The notes under the pieces were generated by a model that saw nothing but the letters and a program-made list of their open reading frames with translations, did no database searches and was not told where the DNA came from. DNA of 64,000 nt from Chloroflexota bacterium. Lineage in GTDB: Bacteria; Chloroflexota; Anaerolineae; Anaerolineales; UBA11858. Positions 8,776-19,061 of the stretch are shown piece by piece; position 1 is the stretch's first letter, and each line of letters starts with the position of its first letter. Where the stretch lies: contig JABGRQ010000199.1 of the NCBI GenBank assembly GCA_018648225.1, positions 6,606 through 70,605 of the forward strand, read 5' to 3'. Position numbers and translations under genes: made by a program.

Positions 8776-9675
8776 TCACTTTACCGGAATCCAGGTTTGT
8801 TTGGGAAGCAATTTCGTCAACACTCGCCGCCAGAGCATCCCAACACGGCGTTTGAAACCAACATTGCGCTCGCCCCTCACCCCTGGCCCTCGCGACAGCA
8901 TACCCGAAGGGTGCTCTCCCGAGGCGAGAGGGGAAGCGACTACGGTAAGATAAAGCGGCAGCAGCCTCGAGCGCGGCTGGCCGTGTTTTTTCAGCGCAAT
9001 AACTTCGTACCCGGCTTGAGTCAGAATCTGTCGCAGGGTGTGGGCGCTGAAGCTGGTCATGTGGGCAATTTCGAAGCTCTCATGGGCGTAGAGATTGGGC
9101 ACTTCAATCAAGATCACCCCCGAGGGAATCAGCACGTCTCTGCGCAGTTTTGCAAGATACGCTACCGGGTCGGGGATATGTTCCAATACGTGCGCCATGC
9201 TAATCAGGTCGAAAGGCTTTTCATCTGCATCCCTCATATCAGAGAGATCGGCGAATACCGTCAGGCCGTTTTTATGGGCGTAGGCACGATAAGCTTCGCC
9301 CGGCTCAATCCCCGCGGCGACGCAGTTGAAGGCTTCTGCAAAACGCCCTAACAAAATTCCAGAGGATGCACCAATATCGAGGTAACGCCGTGGGGCAATC
9401 TTTTGCGCGACGAGGAAGGCCAGTAGCCAGTCGGCGCGGCCATTTTGTACGACCAGGTCTTTCTGCGTAGGGCCTTCAGCGCCCTGGTAAACCTGACGAT
9501 ATTCGCGAGCGTAAAACGTATCCAACTCGGCCGCGGTCATACGCGGTGACTGGAATACCAGCCCGCAATTGGCACAAAGGCGGTTTTCCACCACCTGTTC
9601 TCTAAACTGGCGTTGGTCAAAAAGTTGGCTTTTCTCGTGCTCACAAAGCGGGCAATTCGTTATGTTTTCAGGCAT
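8776..9675 (-). CDS. class I SAM-dependent methyltransferase with N-terminal Cys4 ribbon
   Basis: CPLCEH...CANCGLVFQSPR, then YLDIGASSGILL (motif I) and FDLISMAHVLEHI. Confidence 0.8.
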   Translation of the reverse strand: MPENITNCPLCEHEKSQLFDQRQFREQVVENRLCANCGLVFQSPRMTAAELDTFYAREYRQVYQGAEGPTQKDLVVQNGRADWLLAFLVAQKIAPRRYLDIGASSGILLGRFAEAFNCVAAGIEPGEAYRAYAHKNGLTVFADLSDMRDADEKPFDLISMAHVLEHIPDPVAYLAKLRRDVLIPSGVILIEVPNLYAHESFEIAHMTSFSAHTLRQILTQAGYEVIALKKHGQPRSRLLPLYLTVVASPLASGEHPSGMLSRGPGVRGERNVGFKRRVGMLWRRVLTKLLPKQTWIPVK

Positions 9676-9688
9676 AGGTTTTCAAACC

Positions 9689-9721
9689 AGGTTACAGGCA
9701 CTTTATATATGCCTGTAACCT
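9689..9721. repeat. 11-bp stem hairpin
   Basis: AGGTTACAGGC - ACTTTATATAT - GCCTGTAACCT. The CCTGTAACCT unit also occurs in S-family copy 26981-27050. Confidence 0.7.
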
Positions 9722-9732
9722 TTAAGGATTAT

Positions 9733-10629
9733 TTACTGCCCCACCAGCTTGCGGCGCAGCAGGCGCAGGCGTTTGGTAATAAGCCAACGCAAACCGCGCT
9801 GGCTGGGCGAATAGACCAGTCGTTCCAGGCGACGCACCAGTCGTTCGGGCTGGTGCCGCGCCGGCTGCACCTGTCCGGAAAGCAATTCATGGCTGGCATC
9901 CAAAGTCATATACATATTTTGCATTCCACCCCCTAGCGCGGCATTGATGTGCGTCTCTTCGAGATCGTAGTGCATTTGTCCATCAGGCAGGTGGCTATAA
10001 TCATGATTTTGATGAATCGCCATCAGGCTTCCGGATGCGTCCACCACAGGCCATTTTTGCTTAAGCCCCTGGTAGATCATCCAGTTATCCCAACCGGCGC
10101 GGCCAATCGCAAAATCGGGGATATTTTGGAAAATAGAACGCGGAAAGATGAAATAATCGCTGCCCGCGGGGGCGTGCAGTTCCCCCTGAGAGCGGACGAT
10201 CTCACTCAGGGCTGATTCCCATCCCGGTGTGAAGGGCAACCCCTGGCGGATGTCCAGGTCCCAGCGCCGCCCGACGATGAGGAATTTCTGCACCTGAGCA
10301 GCCACCAGGCGCGCAGTCTCGATGAAATCGGGCAACAACAATATATCGGCATTGACATAAGCCAGCAGTGGCGATTCGCTATATTGGCGCGCCAATGCAA
10401 AAATCGAACTCACCAGCGGCGTACCAAACTCGTTGCGGGCCACATCTGGCAGATGTTTGACGCCATACTCAGCGGCAACTTCGGCCAGACCATTTTCTTC
10501 ACCAATTAGCAGCACCTCCACATTCGCGCCAAGTTGAATCCACGATTGAATGGCATTGCGTTGGATAATATTGATATGCCTGTCGGTGAAGGGTTTAGGG
10601 GAAGTAAAGATGGTGAGGTAGGGCATCAT
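9733..10629 (-). CDS. GT-A-like nucleotide-sugar transferase-fold protein, function unknown
   Basis: LTIFTSPKPF...YVNADILLLPDF (DxD-like). ATG at 10629; a GTG at 10632 is also possible. Confidence 0.4.
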   Translation of the reverse strand: MMPYLTIFTSPKPFTDRHINIIQRNAIQSWIQLGANVEVLLIGEENGLAEVAAEYGVKHLPDVARNEFGTPLVSSIFALARQYSESPLLAYVNADILLLPDFIETARLVAAQVQKFLIVGRRWDLDIRQGLPFTPGWESALSEIVRSQGELHAPAGSDYFIFPRSIFQNIPDFAIGRAGWDNWMIYQGLKQKWPVVDASGSLMAIHQNHDYSHLPDGQMHYDLEETHINAALGGGMQNMYMTLDASHELLSGQVQPARHQPERLVRRLERLVYSPSQRGLRWLITKRLRLLRRKLVGQ

Positions 10630-10631
10630 CA

Positions 10632-11459
10632 CTAATTTCGCTCGTCAATGTCTAAGTGAGTCTTGTGCTGCACGGCGGCGTTGATGCGTGCCAAATTGGG
10701 TTCGCGCTCGATGAGGGCCAGCACATCTTTCCAGGAGAAGCGATCATCGGGGAAACGCGCGGCTATCTGGCGGATGAGTTCCAAATCTTCAGGGGTGTCT
10801 ACCGTCCAGCGCTGATGCCCGAAATCCGGATGGTAGTGCAGCAAGGCAATTTGCATCCCGTCAGGGGTCATCCCGCTAGAGAAAAGGGCATCTGTTATTT
10901 GTGGACGCAGATACGCTACCGGAGTTTCTTCGTAAAAAAATGGGGTCACATGCTCGCGCTGGTGTTTTGCGATGGCGCGCTTCCAGGCTTTTTCCAGGGC
11001 GCTAAAAGTGAAAACTTCTGTATCCAGGCCAATGGGATACGTACGTCCCCAGGGCGGGGGCAAGCGATTGGCAACGAAGTCGAAGCGTGGCGTGCGGGTT
11101 CTGCCACCAATCAGCGTGTTGACAGCATCATCCACCAGAACGGGGTCAATCAAGGGGCAATCGGCGGTGATGCGCACAATTACATCGGCTCGTGCGGCTT
11201 TGGCGGCCTGATAATAGCGATCTAATACATCATGCACGCTACCGCGCGAACAATTATAGCCTTGAGCCTGGCAAAATTCGACAACAGCATCATCGCTGGG
11301 GTCGGTGGTTGTGGCAACCACTACTTCTTCAACAGTCTGCGCCAGGCGGGTGCGCTCGACAACCCAGGCCAGCATGGGACGCTCTGCGATGGGTAACAGC
11401 ACTTTGCCCGGCAGGCGGGATGAACTCATGCGGGCTTGAATAATGGCGACAATCTTCAT
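10632..11459 (-). CDS. SpsF/NeuA-type cytidylyltransferase (CTP_transf_3-like)
   Basis: MKIVAIIQARMSSSRLPGKVLLPI...RITADCPLIDP. ATGA overlap with the upstream gene. Confidence 0.8.
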   Translation of the reverse strand: MKIVAIIQARMSSSRLPGKVLLPIAERPMLAWVVERTRLAQTVEEVVVATTTDPSDDAVVEFCQAQGYNCSRGSVHDVLDRYYQAAKAARADVIVRITADCPLIDPVLVDDAVNTLIGGRTRTPRFDFVANRLPPPWGRTYPIGLDTEVFTFSALEKAWKRAIAKHQREHVTPFFYEETPVAYLRPQITDALFSSGMTPDGMQIALLHYHPDFGHQRWTVDTPEDLELIRQIAARFPDDRFSWKDVLALIEREPNLARINAAVQHKTHLDIDERN

Positions 11460-12772
11460 GCGACTTGTGTCTCACCAGGAATTGGCAGATGTTCAACGAA
11501 GCCCTTCGCCCGGAACTTCTCAACATACTCGCGCACGACCCAATAGTCCAGGCCAACTTCCTGGGCGATATCGAAGATACTGTGCTGGCCTTCAAAACTC
11601 ATCATAATTTTTTCGATGGCACGGTTGAGGGCAAAATTTTCTTGCCAGTCTACCCACAGACCATGCCCGGAGAGAAACACAGGCCCTTTAAAAGTGCGTT
11701 TGGGAATATAGTTACTGGCGTAGATACGCACAATTTTTTCAACAACATCCGCCGCGTCTTGTAGCATTTCTTCTTCAATGATGTCAGGGTTATCGTCCGT
11801 GGTGTGGTATTCATCGTAGGGCCAGCGATTGATGGAAATACACGGCACATTGACGCCCGGCCCGTTAATGACGCGTTCATCATTGGGCGGAAAATCGGCA
11901 AAATTGCGCTCGACGTGTTCAGCATTCTCTAAAACGTGAGCCGTGATGCGGTCAAGCAGGTGATTATACTGGCGGGTGTGATGCCAGGCAATCGGGCTGT
12001 CGTTTCCAGTCATTTCGATAAAAATTCCACCCTTTAATTGGGGGATCAAATCTTCATGATGCGCCAGATAGACAATCGTACCGATGGTTTCGGGACCAAA
12101 CCAAAAACGCACATCCATCGAACCGGACGGCAGGGGGTTTGTGGCTAGCCGCTGAGCAACTTCGACAGCGGTGACGACGCCAGCGGTATCATCGTTAGCC
12201 TGCATGGGGTGGCACAGGTGAGACGAGATGAGCATCTCGCCCGCATCGGGTGTAGAACCGCCCTCAGGCTGGATGACCCCCACTGAGACCCGAAAGCCGC
12301 CTGCTTCGGGGGCTGACAAAAACTCCGAGCGAATCACCACTTGATAACGCGCATCCCGCGGTAAAACGTCAAAGACATCTTTGGGCAGACAAAAGCCCCA
12401 CTCACGCTGATAGTATTTAAAAATCCAGGGCGTGGCCCAGGGGCGCGCTTCGTTGTAATGCAGGTGCGGAGCCAACTCGTCCCAGGTGAGTACTGCATCG
12501 ATTGGCGGCGAATAGGAGACAATATGCAGCGGGTTATCAGCAAAATCCACAATGCGGCGACCATCTTCGAAGGCCAGGTAGGCTTCATGCACGCGGTAAC
12601 GCTCTGGTACGCGCCACGTCCAGACTGGCGTATTAGGAACAAAACTCTCGACGGTGTAATTGGCCGCAGCGGGCATGGCTTCGCCGACAATGCGCAGGGC
12701 TTCGTCCATCTCGGCGGAGGCGAGAGTGCGATGTAGGGGGTGGATGCGTGTGAGGAGGGATTTGAGTTTCAT
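11456..12772 (-). CDS. aminopeptidase-like-domain protein (COG4310 / DUF2172-DUF4910-like) with C-terminal winged-helix-like tail
   Basis: ISSHLCHPMQANDDTAGVVTAVEVAQRL resembles the metal-site region of M28-like polysaccharide-locus proteins. Confidence 0.5.
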   Translation of the reverse strand: MKLKSLLTRIHPLHRTLASAEMDEALRIVGEAMPAAANYTVESFVPNTPVWTWRVPERYRVHEAYLAFEDGRRIVDFADNPLHIVSYSPPIDAVLTWDELAPHLHYNEARPWATPWIFKYYQREWGFCLPKDVFDVLPRDARYQVVIRSEFLSAPEAGGFRVSVGVIQPEGGSTPDAGEMLISSHLCHPMQANDDTAGVVTAVEVAQRLATNPLPSGSMDVRFWFGPETIGTIVYLAHHEDLIPQLKGGIFIEMTGNDSPIAWHHTRQYNHLLDRITAHVLENAEHVERNFADFPPNDERVINGPGVNVPCISINRWPYDEYHTTDDNPDIIEEEMLQDAADVVEKIVRIYASNYIPKRTFKGPVFLSGHGLWVDWQENFALNRAIEKIMMSFEGQHSIFDIAQEVGLDYWVVREYVEKFRAKGFVEHLPIPGETQVA

Positions 12773-12779
12773 ATTTTTT

Positions 12780-12850
12780 CACCACAAAGACACAAAGGCA
12801 CGAAGGAGATAAATAACATCTCCTTTCTTTGAGTCTTCGAGCCTTGGTGG
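12780..12850. repeat. R-family composite hairpin, copy 5
   Basis: CACCACAAAGACACAAAGGCACGAAGGAGAT AAATAAC ATCTCCTTTCTTTGAGTCTTCGAGCCTTGGTGG. Confidence 0.9.
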
Positions 12851-12893
12851 TTCATTTCATGGCGCATTATCAGAAAGTATCCTTGGGGAAACC

Positions 12894-13646
12894 TTATTTA
12901 GCAATTTCATACAACAATTTTGGATCGCGGCGCATTTCGCGAGCGGTGAAATCGTAGATTTGGTTGGCGTTCATCAGCGAGACTTTGGCTGCGCCAATTT
13001 GCGCCACGGTGATAATTCCGGCTTCTTCGGCCAGGGCGCCCATCGGGTCTACCATCGTCTCAACGCCTTGATCGATATCACGTACCAACATTTGGAAGGA
13101 ATCTTCGTAGGTTTCGCCGTTCTCGTCTGTGACTATACCGGTGAAGGTTTTTAAATAACGATAATCCACACCTTCGAGTTCTTCAACATGGTGAAAAAAA
13201 GTCATGCTATCGTTGTAACTCAGGCCGACGACCATAATTTTGCCGTCGAGTTGGCGCAGCTTACCAAAGAGCGAGTTGCGCTCGTAGCTGCTCTTGTAAC
13301 GTTCACGAGTGAGAAAGTCGGCCTGCGCTCCAATGGCGGAAAATGAGTAAATCGGATGAAAGACGCGCTGGCTACGCGGATCTTTGCGCACTAACTCAGT
13401 AATAATGCCCATGTGCGAGGGGGTTTCGTTGACATCCCAGGTTTGACCTTTGCAAAAATCAAAATTGAAGGTGGGCATAATCAGAGTGCCTTCCTCGCCC
13501 AGCACATGCAGCAGGGCATCAATCACAATCTGCGGGCCGCCCTCTACGCCGCCGAAGGATTTGTAAGATGAGTGGGTGAGCAGCGTGTCACCTGCTTTTA
13601 CCCCGATGGCTTGAAATTCTACAATCAAATTATCTTTGGTAAGCAT
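12894..13646 (-). CDS. AAC(3)-family N-acetyltransferase
   Basis: MLTKDNLIVEFQAIGVKAGDTLLTHSSYKSFG...LIMPTFNF. ATG 13646 is preceded by GGAG at 6 nt. Confidence 0.75.
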   Translation of the reverse strand: MLTKDNLIVEFQAIGVKAGDTLLTHSSYKSFGGVEGGPQIVIDALLHVLGEEGTLIMPTFNFDFCKGQTWDVNETPSHMGIITELVRKDPRSQRVFHPIYSFSAIGAQADFLTRERYKSSYERNSLFGKLRQLDGKIMVVGLSYNDSMTFFHHVEELEGVDYRYLKTFTGIVTDENGETYEDSFQMLVRDIDQGVETMVDPMGALAEEAGIITVAQIGAAKVSLMNANQIYDFTAREMRRDPKLLYEIAK

Positions 13647-13662
13647 CTTCAACTCCAAATTT

Positions 13663-13779
13663 ATCACGAATGAATACGAATAACACCAATGACACGAATT
13701 TGATGAACACAGATTTTTTATCGCTTCATCCGATTTATCTGTGGCTATTTGCCAAATGCACGGTAGAAAAATTCGTGAT
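13663..13779. repeat. nested composite repeat (CACGAAT arms enclosing a U-like hairpin)
   Basis: Outer ATCACGAAT...ATTCGTGAT; inner GATGAACACAGATTTTTTATCGCTTCATCCGATTTATCTGTGG. Confidence 0.7.
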
Positions 13780-13795
13780 AAAAGTCCATAAATTT

Positions 13796-14632
13796 TTATT
13801 TTAGCGACAACACCCCAAAAGCCTGTGGCCGTGGCAGCACAGCGCTAAAACCGGCTTGCTTCAAACGCCGAACAACACCACTGGTCACGCGTGCGCCGGA
13901 TTTGCTCTCCGGGCTGCCAATATAGTGAAACATGCGTCCGTTGGATTTCAGCACACGATGGGCCTGACGATAGAATTCCAGCGAATATAGTTCCCCAGCC
14001 AGACTAAACATGGGCGGGTCGTGGATGATGGCGTTAAATCTCTCGGCGGGAAAGGTCTCAATCAGATCGTTGCTGTCGCCAATGAGCTGCTCAATCTTGG
14101 GGTTGTCGAACAGCCCTTGCGACCAGGGGTTTTGGCGGGCAATTTTCTGCGCCGCGGGGTCAAGCTCCACGGTGGTGATATGTGTGGCTTTCTCGGCGGC
14201 TAAAATCGCCGTGTAGCCCAACCCGGTAGTGGTATCCAACAGGCATCCACCCACTCGCCCCAACGCTTTGATCTTGCTGCGCGTATCCCGCCAGGGGTTG
14301 GTATCCTTGATACGGTGCATCGGGATACCAGAAACCAGCATCGTCGGAGCCGACTCGGTGGGGTAAAGCGTGTAGGCGCGTTGAAAAGTCTCTGAAAAAA
14401 CCTGAATAGCCTGGGCTTGACCATCTTCGACCCAAAAGCAGCTATTCTCATCGGCGGCAATTTCGGCAAGCACATCCCAGGCCAATACGTTATCGTCTGA
14501 GAAACGCGCACCGATTTCTGTCAAATCAACTGTGAGCCTAGAAATGCCTAAATCGAGTGATATTTCGATTGTGGATTGGCGATCCCGAACCTGAAGCAAG
14601 GGTCTGGCTTGATGATGTGAGAGAACAATCAT
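13796..14632 (-). CDS. SAM-dependent N-methyltransferase-like protein (DPPM motif IV)
   Basis: [13 protein letters not shown] (motif I) and IIHDPPMF ((D/N)PP(Y/F)-type motif of amino-group methyltransferases). ATGA overlap upstream. Confidence 0.65.
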   Translation of the reverse strand: MIVLSHHQARPLLQVRDRQSTIEISLDLGISRLTVDLTEIGARFSDDNVLAWDVLAEIAADENSCFWVEDGQAQAIQVFSETFQRAYTLYPTESAPTMLVSGIPMHRIKDTNPWRDTRSKIKALGRVGGCLLDTTTGLGYTAILAAEKATHITTVELDPAAQKIARQNPWSQGLFDNPKIEQLIGDSNDLIETFPAERFNAIIHDPPMFSLAGELYSLEFYRQAHRVLKSNGRMFHYIGSPESKSGARVTSGVVRRLKQAGFSAVLPRPQAFGVLSLK

Positions 14633-15762
14633 GCGGATAGGGCCAGACGGTAGACTTCGAAAAGTTTGGGGAAATTCTTCTCCCAGTCGGCGCGTGACTC
14701 TGCTAAATGGCGGGCGGCTACACTCATAGCAGGTAACTGCTCCCGAAGGTCAAGGGCATGAAGAATGCCATCCCGCAGAGAGGCCATATCGCCATCTTTG
14801 AAGAGCCAACCGCTGCGACCCTCACCCTCCCCCGCTTCGCTCCCCCGCTTCACCCACTCCTGATTGCCGGGAATGTCAGTCAGCAGCACGGGTGTGCCAC
14901 AAGCCAGCGCTTCGAGCAGCGAAATCGATGTTCCGTCGCTGTGAGATGTACTAATATATAAATCGGCGGCGCGGTAATAGTTGGGCAAATCGGCCTGCTT
15001 GACCTGCCCCGGAAAATGCACCCGGTCGAGCAGATCGGCATTCATGAAGATGCGCCGGATGGTTGGGGCCAGCGGGCCATTGCCGAGCATCAGCAGGCGT
15101 AACTCCGGGCGCTGGCGGGCCGCCTGGACGAAGGCCTGCGCCAAATCTTCGACACCATAAATGGGCGACCACCCGCGGGTGGAGAGAAGAACAAAGGTAT
15201 CAGCACCCCAACCCAGACGCTTCCGCAAGCCGCCATCATCGCCGGGAGCATATTTCTGGATATTTGCCCCCCACGGAAAGGTCACAATCCGCTCCGGATT
15301 CATGCCATGTTGGACAGCCAGATTGCGAATCGTATCGCAATCACCTAAAAAAGCCGCACTGCGCTTGAGGGTGTATTCGGTTGCCCACCGCCACCAACGA
15401 TTGCGGTCTGCATCCATGAGCAGATCGTAGCCCCACGACATACTCACAAGCCGGCGAAAGCCAGTCAGGGCGGTGAGCAAAGCTGCCGTCTGGATGGGGC
15501 CGGCTTGAACAATATCAGGCTTGAAAGTGCGAATCACCCTCTTTAAACTGCGAACCAGCCGGAGCGCATCCCGCAGTTCCGCTTTGGATTGGCCACCCGC
15601 CCAGTGGAGTTGTTCAATTTCCGGGGGCAAAGGCCGATCATCGAGGGCATGTCCCCGACTTTCCAAACGCAGATAGCCAATCTGATGCTCAGTCTGTGCC
15701 AGCTTCGATAAAAAGCGATGGTCGTGAGTCGTATACTCTCTCGAAAAGTATAGGATTTTCAT
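14629..15762 (-). CDS. family 4 (GT-B) glycosyltransferase
   Basis: [10 protein letters not shown]...[31 protein letters not shown] (EX7E region). Confidence 0.8.
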   Translation of the reverse strand: MKILYFSREYTTHDHRFLSKLAQTEHQIGYLRLESRGHALDDRPLPPEIEQLHWAGGQSKAELRDALRLVRSLKRVIRTFKPDIVQAGPIQTAALLTALTGFRRLVSMSWGYDLLMDADRNRWWRWATEYTLKRSAAFLGDCDTIRNLAVQHGMNPERIVTFPWGANIQKYAPGDDGGLRKRLGWGADTFVLLSTRGWSPIYGVEDLAQAFVQAARQRPELRLLMLGNGPLAPTIRRIFMNADLLDRVHFPGQVKQADLPNYYRAADLYISTSHSDGTSISLLEALACGTPVLLTDIPGNQEWVKRGSEAGEGEGRSGWLFKDGDMASLRDGILHALDLREQLPAMSVAARHLAESRADWEKNFPKLFEVYRLALSA

Positions 15763-15766
15763 GTTG

Positions 15767-15815
15767 GGTTGAATGTTGAAAGTTGAAGGCTACAAACAAC
15801 CTTCAACTTTCAACC
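15767..15815. repeat. S-family composite hairpin (GTTGAAG units), copy 1
   Basis: GGTTGAATGTTGAAAGTTGAAGGC TACAAAC AACCTTCAACTTTCAACC. Confidence 0.85.
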
Positions 15816-15821
15816 TATAAC

Positions 15822-16904
15822 TTATGAACTGATATTCTCCCAGCGCAAATCCATGCCATAGGGCATATCGATGAGAGCTTTTTTGCCAACGAGCTGCTCA
15901 AGTTCCCAGGGCTGAACCGCGCCTTCAACATTTGGGCGCAGCGGCTCGAGCATATCGGCAGTTATGATTTCTCCAGCTTTAATTTCACAGGCGGCGCGCA
16001 GGCAGCGGCGTTGCAGCCAATAGGTCTCCTGCTCGTTGCCGGTGACGAATTTGTCATACGAGCCTAAGGCGCGCTCCAGCGTGCGGACTTGCAGCACCAT
16101 CTCGGCCCAGTTTTCGGGGTTCATGGCGAATTTGTGGTCGGGGCCTTCACGGTCATTGCTATCGGTGAAGTGACGCTCAATCAGGCGCGCTCCCATCGTT
16201 ACTGCGCCAACCACCGGTGCTGAACTGTGGGTGTGGTCGGAGAGCCCCAGCACAAGATCGGGGAACATGGCGGCGTAAGTTTTTAGTACATTGAGGTTGA
16301 GGTGATCGTAGTTCGAGTCGGCGGCGGTGTAGTTGGTATTGCACTGGAAAAGCACGATCTCATTGTTGTGAGGCCGCACAGCGCGCACCGCCCGCACCAC
16401 GTCGCCAATATCAGCCGCACCCGATGCAATCAATATGGGTTTGTCGAATTTCGCCATGCGCACCAGCGCATCGGGCCAGGACATGAGGCCCGAACCGGCT
16501 TTGAAAGCCGGGACGTAAGCATCGAGCATGTCTATGGCTTCGTAGTCGTAAGGCGATGAGAAGTAGTGAATGCCGACTTTGTCGCATTCTTTTTTGAGGA
16601 TCGGCGTCCAGTCGAAGGGGACGGCAGCATCGGCATAAACTTCAAATACGCTCTTCTTCCAGGATGCCTGATGCGATAGCTGCCCGCCCAGTGATTTGAA
16701 ACCATAATCGGAGACAATCTTGGAAGCACGAAAGTTCTGGAATTTAGCCGCGTCGGCTCCGGCTTCTTTCGCCAGACGGATGAGCATTTTGGCGCGTTCC
16801 AGGTCGCCGTCGTGATTGGCAGCAATATCGGCAATGAAATAGGTGGGGTGATTCAGGCCAATTTTTTGACCGGCGATGGTGATTTCGGGAGCGGGGATTA
16901 TCAT
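15822..16904 (-). CDS. NeuB-family nonulosonic/sialic-acid synthase homolog with SAF domain
   Basis: YFIADIAANHDGDLERAKMLIRLAKEAGADAAKFQNF, LGLSDHT, and a C-terminal SAF-like AGEIITADMLEPLRP. AAGGAG RBS upstream. Confidence 0.8.
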   Translation of the reverse strand: MIIPAPEITIAGQKIGLNHPTYFIADIAANHDGDLERAKMLIRLAKEAGADAAKFQNFRASKIVSDYGFKSLGGQLSHQASWKKSVFEVYADAAVPFDWTPILKKECDKVGIHYFSSPYDYEAIDMLDAYVPAFKAGSGLMSWPDALVRMAKFDKPILIASGAADIGDVVRAVRAVRPHNNEIVLFQCNTNYTAADSNYDHLNLNVLKTYAAMFPDLVLGLSDHTHSSAPVVGAVTMGARLIERHFTDSNDREGPDHKFAMNPENWAEMVLQVRTLERALGSYDKFVTGNEQETYWLQRRCLRAACEIKAGEIITADMLEPLRPNVEGAVQPWELEQLVGKKALIDMPYGMDLRWENISS

Positions 16905-16925
16905 AAGATGTCTCCTTTATCTCGG

Positions 16926-17285
16926 TTACGGGCGCAGGCGAGCCGAAAGTTCACGCAACTGGTGGAAACTAATGGGCTTGGTCAATACAAGATCCGCTTC
17001 ACCGCGCAGCGATTCGGCCAAAGCCGCATCGGCACTGACAATGATCACACGCATATCTTCCAAACGTTCATTAGAGCGAATATACAACAAAATATCCTTA
17101 CCAGATACTTTTGGCAAATGAATATCCAGGATCATAATGGCTGGAATCGTTTCTTCCAGACGATCCAAAACAGCTTGCCCATTGGAAAAAATTTCGGTTT
17201 CGTAATCCGCAGCTTTCAAAGCCTCTTCAAAGACCGTTACGATGGTCAGATCATCTTCAACAATAAATGCCAGGGGCTTGGTCAT
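16926..17285 (-). CDS. receiver-only response regulator (CheY-like)
   Basis: FIVEDDL...IMILDIHLPKVSG...VLTKP. 119 aa with no output domain. ATGA overlap with the kinase gene. Confidence 0.85.
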   Translation of the reverse strand: MTKPLAFIVEDDLTIVTVFEEALKAADYETEIFSNGQAVLDRLEETIPAIMILDIHLPKVSGKDILLYIRSNERLEDMRVIIVSADAALAESLRGEADLVLTKPISFHQLRELSARLRP

Positions 17286-19060
17286 GATGCTTCCTCCATA
17301 CGCTCAGATGTTGGGATTTCAAGGGGTAACAGCACCGTAAACACAGCGCCCTCTCCCTCTTTGCTAACTAAACGCACTTCACCACCCATCAAGGTCACAA
17401 GTTGTTTAACGATGGCCAATCCCAGCCCAACGCCATCTTGCTCTCTGGTAATCGAATAATTCGCTTGCCGAAATGCATCAAACAAGTGTACTTGCACCGG
17501 CTCAGGAATGCCAATGCCGGTATCAGCAACTTCCATTGCCCAATGCGTATCATCCGGACAAAAAGCACGAACTTTTACACTGCCCTGATCGGTGAATTTA
17601 ATGGCATTATCAACCAGATTCGCCAAAATTTGATATAGCCTAGTCGCATCACCACACAGCATGGGAGGAATATCAGGCGCTATCTCTATGGAAAACACCA
17701 AACTTTTCTCTTGAAAGGCAGCCGCAAAATTTTCCTGTATCTGTTTTATCAAGTCAGCTACCTGATAAGCATTCATCGCCAAACTAAATTGACCACTTTC
17801 CAAACGCGTCAAATCCAATAGATCATTAACAAGGCTGGTCAGATAATTCGTTCGGCCAATAATGCGCCGTAAAACCTCGCCCTGTTGCTCAGTTACCGAG
17901 CCATAGACCCCATACTCCATCATTTCCACCAGCCCTAAAATGCCCCCAATCGGGGTGCGCAACTCGTGCCCAACTTTAGCCAGAAACTCTGTGCGTACCT
18001 GAGCCATCGCCAACGCTTCTTCAGCCAGCTTGTCACGGGTAATATCGCTCAACATCACCAGGCGTCCGGTAATTTTGCCCGTCTGCGTATGAATTGGCGA
18101 AATTTGCACTTTGAGATATTGCCGAGCATCACCCACAGGGACAGAAATCTCTTCGGTAATTTCAAAAACGCCCGCAAATTGCGCCAGGATTTCAGGCCAC
18201 CGGCCAAACACCTGATCGGCTGTCAAACCGTTGATACTGCTACCTTCACTATTGATCATCACTAAAGCAGCCGGGTTCGCATCCACCACACGATCATGCT
18301 GATCGAGGACAAACATGGCTATGCTCATATTATCCACAACCAACGAACGCGCCACCGGCACCATATCAAACAACCGGAACCGGAAGATCCCCCACCCCAG
18401 GATGATGGCGCTGCCGGTGAAAGCAAACGGCCCTAAATCAAGCTGTGGAACCGGGCTGATTCGAGCAATATAAAGCGCGTTCCCCACCCAGGGGAGAATC
18501 GGGCTGAGGATCAACAAAACCAATTGCCAGCGATAAGCCGCCGGAAAATTCCACAGGGCAATGATCAACGCCACAGAGCCAACAAAGAGCAGCACATAGG
18601 CGTACACGAAATATATCCACCACCCAACCCCATAAGTTGCATCCAGCATCACAAAAGGGCCATCCGTGTTGAGCGTCAACGCAGACCAGTGCCAACCGTG
18701 CCACTCATTCGTGAACGCAGAAATAACGGTGAGTACCGGAATAACACTTAAAATGGCAATCCACACGGGTTTCCACCACTGCTCGCGTCCGGAGAAACCC
18801 ATCGCAAAGAGAAACCATCCCACCGGGATATACGCGATCCCCACATACTGGAATTTCGACCACAGAATAATTGTGGTAATATCTTGCGCCCAAACTTCCA
18901 GGGCATAGAAAAGCGACCAGGTAGCCAAAGATGCCGTCACCATTGCGAAAGCGCGCGCACCTGGTAGCTCCCGGCGTTGCCATGCAAAAAATGTCATCAC
19001 CAATGCCGCAACCGCCGAGATGAACAACAATACAAAAACTAGAAGGGTTTGCCAGTTCAT
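17282..19060 (-). CDS. sensor histidine kinase with N-terminal 7TM sensor region, PAS-like domain, HisKA and HATPase domains
   Basis: H-box HELRTPIGGILG; N-box NLVDNAIKFT; DTGIGI; GVGLGL. Hydrophobic N-terminus AWQRRELPGARAF...YVGIAYIPVGW. Confidence 0.85.
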   Translation of the reverse strand: MNWQTLLVFVLLFISAVAALVMTFFAWQRRELPGARAFAMVTASLATWSLFYALEVWAQDITTIILWSKFQYVGIAYIPVGWFLFAMGFSGREQWWKPVWIAILSVIPVLTVISAFTNEWHGWHWSALTLNTDGPFVMLDATYGVGWWIYFVYAYVLLFVGSVALIIALWNFPAAYRWQLVLLILSPILPWVGNALYIARISPVPQLDLGPFAFTGSAIILGWGIFRFRLFDMVPVARSLVVDNMSIAMFVLDQHDRVVDANPAALVMINSEGSSINGLTADQVFGRWPEILAQFAGVFEITEEISVPVGDARQYLKVQISPIHTQTGKITGRLVMLSDITRDKLAEEALAMAQVRTEFLAKVGHELRTPIGGILGLVEMMEYGVYGSVTEQQGEVLRRIIGRTNYLTSLVNDLLDLTRLESGQFSLAMNAYQVADLIKQIQENFAAAFQEKSLVFSIEIAPDIPPMLCGDATRLYQILANLVDNAIKFTDQGSVKVRAFCPDDTHWAMEVADTGIGIPEPVQVHLFDAFRQANYSITREQDGVGLGLAIVKQLVTLMGGEVRLVSKEGEGAVFTVLLPLEIPTSERMEEAS

Positions 19061-19061
19061 A

